Shown here piece by piece: positions 44,814 to 54,093 of a stretch of DNA of 64,000 bases. Both the position numbers and the translations under genes were made by a program. The notes beneath the pieces are model-generated. The model was not told the DNA's origin and searched no databases. It saw only the letters and a program-made list of their open reading frames with translations. Origin of the DNA: Candidatus Bipolaricaulota bacterium (GTDB taxonomy: Bacteria > Bipolaricaulota > Bipolaricaulia > UBA7950 > UBA9294); NCBI GenBank assembly GCA_040752575.1, contig JBFMGK010000003.1, positions 64,001 through 128,000 on the forward strand. Reading direction: 5' to 3'. Numbering within the stretch: the first letter of the stretch is position 1; every line of letters begins with the position of its first letter.

Positions 44814-45395
44814 GGCAGATCCTGTGATCGAGTCACGATAGTCGGACGGCAGGGCGAATGCAAGTCCCCGCCGGACCCCGGCGCGCAGCGCCCGTCTTGG
44901 CCTAGACCCGCGGGGGCCTGCGCGACGTCGGTTTGCGGTGGGATCCGCGGAAGGGTACGTCGTCGAAGAAGCCGTCGTGAAGAGCGTGTACATCCTGCAG
45001 TTCGACGGGACCTTCGTCCATGGCGTGGGCGGTCTGACGCGGCGCACGAGCCCGCTGACGTTCTACGCTCGCGCCGAAGTGGCTGTCGCCGAACGGACGT
45101 TCGTCGAGGTCTGCATCTCTCTTCGCTCTGGGGGGCTTCGTGGTCACGTGTGGCCTCCATCGGGGGTCTATGCCCGTCGCAAGGTAGCCCCCAAGTCAGG
45201 GTGGGAGCGATGGAACCGGCGCGAGGGCAGGGTGCTCTTGGTGACGAGGAGAGGAGGAGAGGGACCCTCAGTCGTGATGAGGCCGTCCTCTCCTCGGGAC
45301 GCACGCGCCGACGTGGAAGGGGTCGAATGTCCTGGAGAGCTTGCCTCGGATCGGGGTTGACACCTTGGCCTCGGGGAGCGTAAATACCTATTAAC

Positions 45396-45424
45396 GCATC
45401 GCCTCCGGCGGTGCTTTTCCTTTC
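45396..45424 (+). terminator. Rho-independent terminator-like hairpin
   Basis: GCATCGCC-TCC-GGCGGTGC followed by TTTTCCTTTC. Confidence 0.55.
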
Positions 45425-45511
45425 TCCTCGCTTCCAGGGTGTCGGGCACGCCCGTCCAGTGTATGCTCATCCACGGCGGCCGGGGCCGCCGAGAGAGACA
45501 AGGAGCGACGC

Positions 45512-45733
45512 ATGTACAACGAGGTCCGAGAGGCGCTCGACGTCGTCCGCCCGACCCTGAGGGCTGACGGGGGCGATGTTGAGTTGGTCGAGGTGACGGC
45601 CGACGGCACGGTTCGCGTTCGCCTTCAGGGAGCCTGCAGCGGGTGTCCGATGTCGACGATGACCCTGAAGAACGGAATCGAGCGGATTCTGAAAGAGCGC
45701 GTCCCCGGAGTCCGCGAGGTCGAGGCTGTCTAG
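45512..45733 (+). CDS. NifU/NfuA-type Fe-S cluster carrier domain protein
   Basis: [44 protein letters not shown]. Confidence 0.95.
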   Translation: MYNEVREALDVVRPTLRADGGDVELVEVTADGTVRVRLQGACSGCPMSTMTLKNGIERILKERVPGVREVEAV

Positions 45734-45755
45734 CGGCTCGGTCGCGGGATCCGGG

Positions 45756-46316
45756 ATGCCCCTTAAGGTTGGGCGCGTCCCGTTGTTGACCCTTTGGGCT
45801 GCCGTTGTCGCGCGGCGCTGTGGCTACCTTGACGGAGAGGCGCTCACGTGGGGACGAGCGGTCGCCGGCCAGACGGCAGCGGCGAAAGCCAAGCGCCTGG
45901 GGTTGAGCCGCGAAGCGACGGCGTCGCGACGCCCAGTCCACGCGAGGCGGCGCGAGATCGAGCCCATCCTCGTGACGTCGTTCATGGAGCATCGCCTCCC
46001 CTGTGTCCGGACCCCCGAGGGACTCCGAACGCTGTCCAGCGCATCGGCCATCGACCCCAGCAAAGTCCGCACCTACCCCAGGGCGAAGCTCGGCGACGCT
46101 CTCGCCGAGATCGAGGGGCATCGGGAAGCCGTTGCTGCGACGTACGCACCCGAGGACCTGGAACGTCAGGCCATGAACCTGCATAGGGTCATGCGCCCTT
46201 CGGTGCCCCACGGCGAGGAGGGGTGGGGAAAGGCGGATCCCCTGGATCTCGAGACGGTAGATCGCCTCCGAGCGCCCCGAGGAGCGGCCGGCGCCGCCGA
46301 AAGGGAGAGGGCGTGA
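45756..46316 (+). CDS. Conserved hypothetical protein
   Basis: RVPLLTLWAAVVA...ALTWGRAVAG...AKAKRLG and RPSVP.GEEGWG resemble an uncharacterised family I recall; stop overlaps the SDR start. Confidence 0.65.
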   Translation: MPLKVGRVPLLTLWAAVVARRCGYLDGEALTWGRAVAGQTAAAKAKRLGLSREATASRRPVHARRREIEPILVTSFMEHRLPCVRTPEGLRTLSSASAIDPSKVRTYPRAKLGDALAEIEGHREAVAATYAPEDLERQAMNLHRVMRPSVPHGEEGWGKADPLDLETVDRLRAPRGAAGAAERERA

Positions 46317-47191
46317 CGAGAAGGAGACAGCGAGTGCTTGTCGTGGGAGCGTCGTCAGGCATCGGCGCAGCCTGCGCGCACCGTTTGGCCGAGGTAGGCT
46401 ACTCCGTCATCGGAACCTCTCGTCGGCCCGGCGCCACGCCGTCGGACGGGCATTGCACGGCTCTCTCCTGCTCGATCAACCTCCCGATGATTCCGATGGA
46501 CGTGGACGATGAAGGCTCTGTTGGGCGAGGCGTCGCGGCCGTCCTTGCGGGGGGACGTTTGGACGCGGTCGTGTTTTCGGCGGGGTACGGCGTTGCCGGT
46601 CCCGTGGAGGAAACGTCGGACTCCGAGGCGCGGGCCCTGTTCGAGACGAATTTCCACGGAGCGCAACGCGTCCTCCGCGCCGTCCTTCCAGCCTTGCGCG
46701 CCGAGGGCGGGGGGACCGTCGTCCTGATCTCGTCGATCGCCGGCAGGGTTGCGCTCCCGTTTCAGGGGCTCTACAGCGCCTCGAAGTTCGCCCTTGAAGG
46801 CATGGCGGAAGCGCTCCGCATGGAAGTGCGGCGCTTTGGGGTGCGTGTCGTTCTTGTGGAGCCCGGCGACTTCCGAACGTCGTTCACCGACCGGCGCCGC
46901 TACGCAAGCGGGATGGCCGAGACCAGCGCCTATCGTGAGATGGCGAACCGAGTGCTGGCGATCGCGGAGGCTGACGAGCGCGCGGCGCCGACGCCGGAGG
47001 CTGTGGGTCGTTGCGTCGAACGGATCCTCTCGCGGCGCTCGCCTCGCCTGCGCTACACCGTGGGGGCGCCAGTTCAGAGACTGGCGGCCGGGCTCAAGCG
47101 GTTCCTCCCCGGGGCCCTCTTCGAGTTCCTGCTTCGGGGGACGTACCACGTGGACCATCGCACCGCCCCATCGCGCAAGGAGACCCCGTGA
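46313..47191 (+). CDS. SDR family oxidoreductase
   Basis: GASSGIG, AGYGVAGPVEE, FETNF.G, ISS, YSASK, VEPGDFRT; GTG 46313. Confidence 0.93.
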   Translation: MTRRRQRVLVVGASSGIGAACAHRLAEVGYSVIGTSRRPGATPSDGHCTALSCSINLPMIPMDVDDEGSVGRGVAAVLAGGRLDAVVFSAGYGVAGPVEETSDSEARALFETNFHGAQRVLRAVLPALRAEGGGTVVLISSIAGRVALPFQGLYSASKFALEGMAEALRMEVRRFGVRVVLVEPGDFRTSFTDRRRYASGMAETSAYREMANRVLAIAEADERAAPTPEAVGRCVERILSRRSPRLRYTVGAPVQRLAAGLKRFLPGALFEFLLRGTYHVDHRTAPSRKETP

Positions 47192-48411
47192 ACGACCTCT
47201 TTGCCAAGTGTCGGGCCTTCGCTGCCGATCCTGCCCTGGCGCAAAGCATGGGGTACCCGACGAACCCCCGCCGAGCCAAGGAACTGGGGCTCTATCCTTT
47301 CTTCGTGCCTCTCGATGAGACCGAAGGAACGGAGGTGTCGGTTGCCGGGCGGCGTCTGTTGATGCTGGGCTCCAACAACTACCTTGGTCTCACCATGCAC
47401 CCTGAGGTCCGCGAAGCGGCTGTACGTGCCACGCAGAAGTTCGGGACGAGTTGCACGGGATCGCGTTTCCTGAACGGAACGCTTGCTCTGCACGAGGAGC
47501 TGGAGAGACGACTCGCAGCGTTCGTCGGCAAGCCTCGCGCCCTCGTGTTCAGCACGGGGTACCAAGCGAACCTCGGCGTTCTCTCTTCGTTGCTCGGCCG
47601 GAACGACGTTGCGGTGTGCGACAAGGAAGACCACGCGAGCATCGTCGACGGTTGCCGGCTCGCCATGGGGCGAATGGTGCGTTATCGCCACAACGATCTT
47701 GACGACCTCGATCGGGTCTTGTCCGCGTGCCCGCGCGTGGCGGCGAAGCTCGTCGTGGTCGACGGCGTCTTCAGCATGGGCGGCGAGATCGCTCCGCTTC
47801 CGGACATCCTTCCCGTATGCCGTAAGCACGAAGCCCGGTTGCTTGTGGACGACGCTCACGCCGTGGGCGTGCTCGGCGAAGGACGCGGCACGGCGGCCCA
47901 CTACGGGGTGGCCGATGATGTAGACCTGATCGTCGGGACCTTCAGCAAGTCCCTCGCGTCGATCGGGGGCTTCGTCGCCGGCGACGAAGAGCCAATCGAG
48001 TGGATCCAGCATCTCGCCCGTTCGCTGATCTTCAGTGCGAGTCTCCCTGCACCGAACGTCGCCGCGGCACTGGCTGCGCTCGCTGTTCTCGAGCGAGAGC
48101 CCGATCGTGTCCTGCGCGTCAACGCCCTCGCCGATCGCGTGCGCGACGAGCTTCGCACCTTGGGCTTCGACGTAGGCGAGAGCCGGACGCCGATCGTTCC
48201 CATCTTCATCGGCGATGCCATGGACGCCCTCAAGGCGTGGCGAACGCTGTTCGACGCCGGGGTGTACGTGAACGTCGCCATTCCGCCCGCTGTGCCCAGC
48301 GGGAAAGCTCTTCTCCGAACGAGCTACATGGCGACGCACAGCGAGGCGCAGATCGATCGTGCCCTCGAGATCTTCGCCCGTGTTGGACGTTCGCTCGGCC
48401 TGCTTGGCTGA
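47188..48411 (+). CDS. PLP-dependent alpha-oxoamine synthase, serine palmitoyltransferase-like
   Basis: LGLYPFF, GSNNYLGL, GTSCTGSRFLNGT, STGYQAN, DHASI, DGVFSMGG, DDAH, GTFSKS, IFSAS; GTG 47188 overlaps the SDR stop. Confidence 0.85.
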   Translation: MNDLFAKCRAFAADPALAQSMGYPTNPRRAKELGLYPFFVPLDETEGTEVSVAGRRLLMLGSNNYLGLTMHPEVREAAVRATQKFGTSCTGSRFLNGTLALHEELERRLAAFVGKPRALVFSTGYQANLGVLSSLLGRNDVAVCDKEDHASIVDGCRLAMGRMVRYRHNDLDDLDRVLSACPRVAAKLVVVDGVFSMGGEIAPLPDILPVCRKHEARLLVDDAHAVGVLGEGRGTAAHYGVADDVDLIVGTFSKSLASIGGFVAGDEEPIEWIQHLARSLIFSASLPAPNVAAALAALAVLEREPDRVLRVNALADRVRDELRTLGFDVGESRTPIVPIFIGDAMDALKAWRTLFDAGVYVNVAIPPAVPSGKALLRTSYMATHSEAQIDRALEIFARVGRSLGLLG

Positions 48412-48429
48412 TGCCCAAACGGGCTGGGT

Positions 48430-49413
48430 CTACGCAACGCCTTCAGGAAGAGTGATCGCGAACCGGCACCACGGGTCTCCGGCGAGAACGGTCCCCAAGA
48501 CTCTGCTCTCGAGTGACCGGCCGAAGATCACCTCATACGGCTTGCGATGGAAGGCCGCGCTGCAGTTGCAGAACGACCTTGGGACAGCCTTCTCGTCGTG
48601 CTGAAGCGACTCGCGCGCCCACGGGCAGTGGCAGTAGAGATAGGCCCTGCGTCCAGCGTTGCTCTCGCGGAGGTATGCGGCCGCCATGTACGGAATCTTC
48701 GCCTCGACCAGCACGTTGCCCACGCGCACGCCCTGTCGGATCTCCGGGTGCTCTTCGACGTAGGCGATGACCTCGTCGGTGACCGGCTGCGTGTAGTAGA
48801 GAGATCCCTGGTCCCGGATCTCGCGCAGCTCGGCGATGAACCGATCCCCCTTACGCCGTAGGTACTCGTCGATACCTCCGGCCTCCTCGAACAGCGTGCG
48901 TTCGTGGACGTAGGCCTCATTGGGGAGATCTCGCAGTCCCTGCCCAAAGATGCTCGCAGCACGGTTGCGGCCCAGCAGGATCTCCAGACGTTCAGCGACA
49001 ACGCGCATTCGTCTTGCGCGTTCGAGGTTCGAGACGTCGAATTCCGGGATCTCGACTCCCGAGAACGCTTCGTCGCGGAGCGCCTCTCCCGCCTCGTCCG
49101 CAACCTTTTGATGCAGGTTGCCCATGACTTCGTGTCCGTCCAGGGTCTCGATCAGGGTAAGGTAGGCGTCGCGGTTGCCAAGGAATCGCTCGTAGCGAGC
49201 GACGGCGAGCAGGGCGTCGACCGTCGCCTCTCCGCGTCCGGCGAGAGCCGCGACAAACGACCGCGCGCAAGCCGCCGTTGCCTCTCTCGCCGGCCGGCCG
49301 ACTACGGTCTTCGTGAGGCGTTCGAACGCCTCAGCGAGTCCGAAGGACCGCTCGATAGTGTCGTCCGTCGCGTGGCGGGTCTTGAGGTACGCGCGGAATC
49401 CTTCTCTGTCCAT
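48430..49413 (-). CDS. Hypothetical protein with a Cys-rich V4R-like C-terminus (DUF6144-like)
   Basis: YCHCPW, FCNCS, TVLAGDPWCRFAI; GGAG RBS before ATG 49413. Confidence 0.7.
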   Translation of the reverse strand: MDREGFRAYLKTRHATDDTIERSFGLAEAFERLTKTVVGRPAREATAACARSFVAALAGRGEATVDALLAVARYERFLGNRDAYLTLIETLDGHEVMGNLHQKVADEAGEALRDEAFSGVEIPEFDVSNLERARRMRVVAERLEILLGRNRAASIFGQGLRDLPNEAYVHERTLFEEAGGIDEYLRRKGDRFIAELREIRDQGSLYYTQPVTDEVIAYVEEHPEIRQGVRVGNVLVEAKIPYMAAAYLRESNAGRRAYLYCHCPWARESLQHDEKAVPRSFCNCSAAFHRKPYEVIFGRSLESRVLGTVLAGDPWCRFAITLPEGVA

Positions 49414-49499
49414 GTCTCCTCCCAACGAAGAGACTCGGCAACTCGCGTCTCGCCAGCGTTCCGAGTTTGCCCCAACCCTGCGTGAAGTACACTACCGCC

Positions 49500-50246
49500 A
49501 TGTGCCGCATGGTTGCAGCTCCTGAGGGGATCCCCGGCTACGCTCTTCTGGATGCCTTCGTGCGCATGGCTCGCGGCGAGAATGTGGAGACCGAGAAGAA
49601 CGCGCCGCTCGGTTGTCTTCGTCACGGCGACGGCTGGGGCGCAGTCCTGCTCGACTCTGGACGGGCACGAAGCGGTCGCGCGTGCTGGGACGACCCAGGG
49701 TTCAGGAGTCTTCGCAACGAACGCGTCCAGCTGCTTCATGCTCGACTTGCATCGCGCGGCGCCGTCGATGCGTCGAACGCTCATCCGTTCACCGCGTCCC
49801 TGCGAGGCGAGACGTGGTACTTCAGCCACAACGGGACGTTTCTCGATGAACCCGAGGACGGGACTGCGGCGACGGACTCCGAGAGATTCTTCCGCCGGAT
49901 GGCGGTTGGCCTCGAGCGGGGAGAAGACCCGGTGACCGCGTTCGAGTTCGCCGTGGCCCGACTCGAGAGGATCACTGCGGCCAACTCGCTTCTCCTCGGG
50001 CCGACCGGGCTGTGGGCCTTCTGCGTCTGGGCGGATCCGAAGAGCGCGAAGTACTACACGCTCTCGCGGGCAGAGACTCCCTACGGCCCGGTCGTCTCTT
50101 CCGAGCCTCTGGCCGATCTCGCGACGGACTGGGTGCCGATAGAGAACGGGACGGCGCTCGTCTTCACAGCACGGGCGGACGGCGGAACGTCCACGCGCAC
50201 CACTCGGCTACGCCTTCCTGCCAGCCTCAAGCCCGCGGGGGTGTGA
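49500..50246 (+). CDS. Class II glutamine amidotransferase (YafJ/EgtC-like)
   Basis: N-terminal MCRM, HGDGWG, LHARLAS, NAHPF, FSHNGT, TDSE, VSSEPL. Confidence 0.9.
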   Translation: MCRMVAAPEGIPGYALLDAFVRMARGENVETEKNAPLGCLRHGDGWGAVLLDSGRARSGRACWDDPGFRSLRNERVQLLHARLASRGAVDASNAHPFTASLRGETWYFSHNGTFLDEPEDGTAATDSERFFRRMAVGLERGEDPVTAFEFAVARLERITAANSLLLGPTGLWAFCVWADPKSAKYYTLSRAETPYGPVVSSEPLADLATDWVPIENGTALVFTARADGGTSTRTTRLRLPASLKPAGV

Positions 50247-51300
50247 ACCGGATGACGACGATGTCTCCGTCCTGAACCTCGTAGTCGCGACCCTCGATCC
50301 TGCGCCGACCGGCCCGGGCCACGGCGTCTTCGGAGCCGAGGGCGAGGAGGTCGGTCGTGGTGACGACTTCCATGCGGACGAAGCCCCGTTCCATGTCGGT
50401 GTGGATGCGTCCGGCGGCCACGGGCGCCTTGTCGCCCTTTCGGCAGGTCCAGACGTGGACTTCGCGCTCGCCGGCGGTAAAGAAGTCCACCAGGCCAAGT
50501 TCGCGGTACGCCGCATGGATCACGCGCTCGATCGACAGCTCGGCGAGGCCCAGTTCTGCGAGAAACGGACCTCGTTCCTCGGCGGCGAGTTCGGTCACAT
50601 CGGCTTCGTCCCTTCCGCAGATCGAGACGGTCTCGGCCCCTTCGTCGGCTCCCCACGCGCGCAATGCCTGGACCCCCGGGCCCTCGAGTTCGTCCGACGA
50701 TGCGACGTTCGCGACGTAGAGAACGGGCTTCTGTGAGAGCAGGTTGCACTCGAACACGCTCGCCCGCTCTCCCTCGCTGAGTCCCTGGCGCCGTACAGGT
50801 ACTCCATCGTGGAGACGCGCCAGAACGCGCTCGCAGTCCTCCATCTCACGCATCGCGTCCTTGTCTCCCGTTCTCGCTCGCTTCACGATTCGGTCCCGCT
50901 TGCGTTCGAGCGTGGACGAGTCGGCCGCCATCAGCTCGAGGTCGACGAGTTCGACATCATGGATGGGCGACGGCTCGCCCTCGGCGCACGCAAAAAGGCG
51001 AACGACGTGAATGAGAACGTCGGCCTCCTTGATGTGCGTTAGAGTTCGCGCGGCGCGCCCGCCGCTCGCTGCCTCGCCTTCGGCGAGACCGGGGATATCG
51101 GCCATCTCGACCGACGCGCGGACGACCTTCTTGGGCTGATAGAGGCAGGTCAGCTTCTCGACGCGGGGATCGGGCACGTCGACGACGGCGCGATGAAGCT
51201 CCGCCGCGTCGAACGACGATGCGCCGGCTGACGTCATCGCGTTGAACACCGTGGTCTTACCGCACCGTGGGCGACCGACCAAACCACAACGCAACGCCAT
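50227..51300 (-). CDS. ychF: Obg-like ATPase YchF (divergent)
   Basis: VPDPRV, DIPGL, HVVRLF, KPVLYVANV, FFTAG..EV..W, AAGRIHTDMERGF, EGRDY.VQDGD. Confidence 0.88.
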   Translation of the reverse strand: MALRCGLVGRPRCGKTTVFNAMTSAGASSFDAAELHRAVVDVPDPRVEKLTCLYQPKKVVRASVEMADIPGLAEGEAASGGRAARTLTHIKEADVLIHVVRLFACAEGEPSPIHDVELVDLELMAADSSTLERKRDRIVKRARTGDKDAMREMEDCERVLARLHDGVPVRRQGLSEGERASVFECNLLSQKPVLYVANVASSDELEGPGVQALRAWGADEGAETVSICGRDEADVTELAAEERGPFLAELGLAELSIERVIHAAYRELGLVDFFTAGEREVHVWTCRKGDKAPVAAGRIHTDMERGFVRMEVVTTTDLLALGSEDAVARAGRRRIEGRDYEVQDGDIVVIRFTPPRA

Positions 51301-51388
51301 GCGAAGACCTCTCTTGCTTTGGGATACGAGCCAAGGCGAAACGCGCTCGCCGGGGAGTGTAGTCGAGTCGGATCTTGAGTCTCAACCG

Positions 51389-52060
51389 TCAGCGTTGAGC
51401 GGGCACGAGGTACAAGAGGATCGCCACGTAATGGCAGACGCTGCCCCCAAGAACGAACAGGTGCCAGACTGCGTGATGGAACGGCAGTCGTTTCCAGGCG
51501 TAGAAGGCAATGCCCACGGTGTAAGACAAGCCGCCTGCCGCGACGTAGGCCAGCGCAGCGTGCGGGACGCGAAGCCATGCCTCGCGCGCGGCGACGACGA
51601 TCATCCATCCCATGAGAACGTAGAACAGCACGGAGAGACGCCGCAACCGGCCGATGAACACGGCCTTCAAGACGATACCCGCTGCGGCGAGCGCCCAAAT
51701 GGCGATCAACAGCGTCAACCCCCACCGCCCCCACAACGACAACAGAAGAAACGGCGTGTACGTGCCGGCGATCAACAGATAGATGGAACAATGGTCGAAG
51801 ACCCAGAACACCCGTTTCGCCCCCGGAGCCTGCAGAGCGTGATAGAGCGTCGACGATAGGTGAAGGAGAAACAGCGTCGCACCGTAGATGGCTACGCTCG
51901 CCACGTGGAGGCCCGTCCCGCCTCGTACGGCACGCGCGACCAGAAACACCGTTCCGACAAGGCTCAGGACCGCGCCGACTCCATGGGTGACGCTGTTCGC
52001 GATCTCCTCGCCCACCGTGGACCTAGGGGGATGCCTCTTCGCATCGTGCTTACCGTCCAT
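51389..52060 (-). CDS. Hemolysin III / PAQR family membrane protein
   Basis: EEIANSVTHG, SSTLYH, DHCSIYLLIAGTYTP, YVLMGW, HAVWHLFV. Confidence 0.95.
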   Translation of the reverse strand: MDGKHDAKRHPPRSTVGEEIANSVTHGVGAVLSLVGTVFLVARAVRGGTGLHVASVAIYGATLFLLHLSSTLYHALQAPGAKRVFWVFDHCSIYLLIAGTYTPFLLLSLWGRWGLTLLIAIWALAAAGIVLKAVFIGRLRRLSVLFYVLMGWMIVVAAREAWLRVPHAALAYVAAGGLSYTVGIAFYAWKRLPFHHAVWHLFVLGGSVCHYVAILLYLVPAQR

Positions 52061-52790
52061 GGGAGGAGTGTACTCGAGCGGGCGCCACGCCACCCGCACC
52101 GTCGGCGGGCCTGGTTCGGCGGTAGAGCAGCGCGCGGCCTTCCTTGCCCACAAGGAGGAGCGCGCCGATGCCGCGCAGCACGTAGGCCACCTTCTGGGCC
52201 AACCAGCGCGGACGGCCCAGTGCGGCGGCCAGATCGGCGGTCGTGAAAGGCTCCGCGAGTTCTGCGGGGAGGACGGCCAGGTAGTCGGCCGGCGTGCTGA
52301 ACGAGGTGCAGTCCACGATCTCGAGAAGGTGGCGTTCGCAGACGCTGTGCGTCGGTCGTCCGCGAGACGCGCCAGCCTGCCGAATCTCCTTCTGTCGGAT
52401 CAGCACGACGTCGAGAGAGAGATTGGGGTCGGCGAGCACGTCGCGCAGCCCGACGAGGTCGCGGAACACATCGATGACGGTTCCCCGATGCGGCGATACC
52501 CGCTCCCTACGGGACCTGCCTTCGGCATCGATCGTTACGACCACGGTCTGCACGGCGACGGGGATGACGAGGCGCACGGGGTGTGAGACGAGAAGGCGCG
52601 AGAGCTTGGTGCGGAGCCGCGAGGCTCCCTGAGTCTGGATTTCCACGACCATCGGACCGCGAAGGATGTCCGCGACGAAGCCACAGACGGGGACTTCGAA
52701 CAGGTCGCCCTCTTCGGAAACCCAGGCGCGAAGTGCGGCGTGCAGCGGCTTCTCGTTGAGCGTTCCGATGTGGGGCGCGATCGGCCCCAC
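52050..52790 (-). CDS. Conserved hypothetical PD-(D/E)XK nuclease-like protein with C-terminal HTH
   Basis: IGTLNEKPLH, E.....FVADI, VEIQT; C-terminal PFTTADLA..LGRP; GTG 52790 with AGGTGA RBS. Confidence 0.7.
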   Translation of the reverse strand: MGPIAPHIGTLNEKPLHAALRAWVSEEGDLFEVPVCGFVADILRGPMVVEIQTQGASRLRTKLSRLLVSHPVRLVIPVAVQTVVVTIDAEGRSRRERVSPHRGTVIDVFRDLVGLRDVLADPNLSLDVVLIRQKEIRQAGASRGRPTHSVCERHLLEIVDCTSFSTPADYLAVLPAELAEPFTTADLAAALGRPRWLAQKVAYVLRGIGALLLVGKEGRALLYRRTRPADGAGGVAPARVHSSHGR

Positions 52791-52801
52791 GACGCGTTCA
52801 C

Positions 52802-53236
52802 CTACCGGACGACGAGCCACGTGCCCACAACGATTGCGGCGTATCCGATCGCGCGACCCACGCTCAGGGGATGATGGGGCGCACCGAGCCAACCTAGGTG
52901 GTCCAATGCCGCGCCGAGGGCCAGTTGCGCGGCGATCGTCAGCGTCAGCGTTGTGCCCAGTCCAAGGCGCGGTACCGCGTAACTCACGGCCGCGACGATG
53001 CCGACGCCGACGAGGCCCGCGGGAAGGGCCAGCCAGGGGATCGACTTCCACGTCAGGGTCGCCGCCGAGGGCCAGAGGGCGGCCAGGCCGATGGCAAAGG
53101 CAAGCCCGGCTGCGTGGATGACCAACGAACTTCCCAGCACTCCAATGCGTGTCCCGACGATTCCCGAAAGCGAAGACTGAACGGCAATGGCTGCGCCGGC
53201 GGCCAGCGCGACCATGGCAGTTCCCCAGACTCCCAT
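52802..53236 (-). CDS. DMT-family transporter (YdcZ-like)
   Basis: AGAAIAVQ, PW...GLVGV, PRLG, QL..G..LDHLG. Confidence 0.9.
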   Translation of the reverse strand: MGVWGTAMVALAAGAAIAVQSSLSGIVGTRIGVLGSSLVIHAAGLAFAIGLAALWPSAATLTWKSIPWLALPAGLVGVGIVAAVSYAVPRLGLGTTLTLTIAAQLALGAALDHLGWLGAPHHPLSVGRAIGYAAIVVGTWLVVR

Positions 53237-53988
53237 CAGGCGCTTCCTCCCCCGCTCGCCGCGTTCCCTTCTTCCATCCGCCGTGCGACGAGGTCATAGA
53301 TGAACCTGCACTGCACCGAAAATAGGACAAGATGGCCCAGAACGCGATCCCGGTCGACCGAGGGAGTGCGCGCCTCGCCGGCCTCGGTCTCGGCCAACAG
53401 AGCCGTCGCCTTCAGACCGGACAGATGGGCCTCGAACTCAGCACCTTCGTCGGCGGACGTGCCAAGGCCGCTGACCTTCTCCCGGCAAGCTGCGGCGGCC
53501 TCGGAAGCCGACTTGCGGCGTACCGAGGCAGGCTGGTCTCCTGCGCGACGAGCGACGTCCCGCAACACGTCCTTCGCGGCGCGGGAGAGCAACACGGCGG
53601 CCGGGCGCGTCAGCCCCCGCTGAAAGGCGGCCGTCGCATCGCGAGCTGACTCCGTCGCGATCGGCGGCAGACGGTTTCCTGTCGAATCTTGAAGCCGTCG
53701 CACATACCCATCGGGATCTTGGGCCGCTGTGGCCCCGTCATCGAGGCAGAGCGACCCAAAGTCCGTCACGTGGAGAAAGGGCAGGTGAAGATTGAGCGAG
53801 TTCTTCCCGGGGGCAAGGATCCCGGCGATGAGAAGATCCCAGATGACCTCGTGGACGGACAACGCGTCGCCACGTTCATACCCGGGCGCTCGCCCTCGAA
53901 TCTCGTTCTCGATGGCGTGAACGTGCGTCTGCGGCGTACGGCGCAGCACGGCCAGGATTTCCTGTCTTAGCCAAGCTTTGTCGATCAT
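53236..53988 (-). CDS. Hypothetical protein, winged-helix plus HEPN/DUF4145-like helical domain
   Basis: EVIWDLLIAGILAPG...FLHVTDFG, DPDGYV, AAFQRG..PAAVLL..AA; stop overlaps the DMT start. Confidence 0.6.
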   Translation of the reverse strand: MIDKAWLRQEILAVLRRTPQTHVHAIENEIRGRAPGYERGDALSVHEVIWDLLIAGILAPGKNSLNLHLPFLHVTDFGSLCLDDGATAAQDPDGYVRRLQDSTGNRLPPIATESARDATAAFQRGLTRPAAVLLSRAAKDVLRDVARRAGDQPASVRRKSASEAAAACREKVSGLGTSADEGAEFEAHLSGLKATALLAETEAGEARTPSVDRDRVLGHLVLFSVQCRFIYDLVARRMEEGNAASGGGSA

Positions 53989-54093
53989 GACGCGTCTCCG
54001 ACGGTGAGTCTCGAAGCATATCGCCCGTTGCCACGCCGCACCAAGCGGGCTTGCCAAGCGGAGCCGTGAGCCGTACTTTGAGGGGGGAGGTCC

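Noticed and set aside
45226..45255. AGGGCAGGGTGC resembling part of RNase P RNA
   Set aside because: The conserved GAGGAAAGTCC and 3' P4 elements are absent
44938..45360. 140-aa ORF with a beta-strand-like first half
   Set aside because: No RBS, and the second half crosses hairpin and promoter elements; at most a decayed fragment
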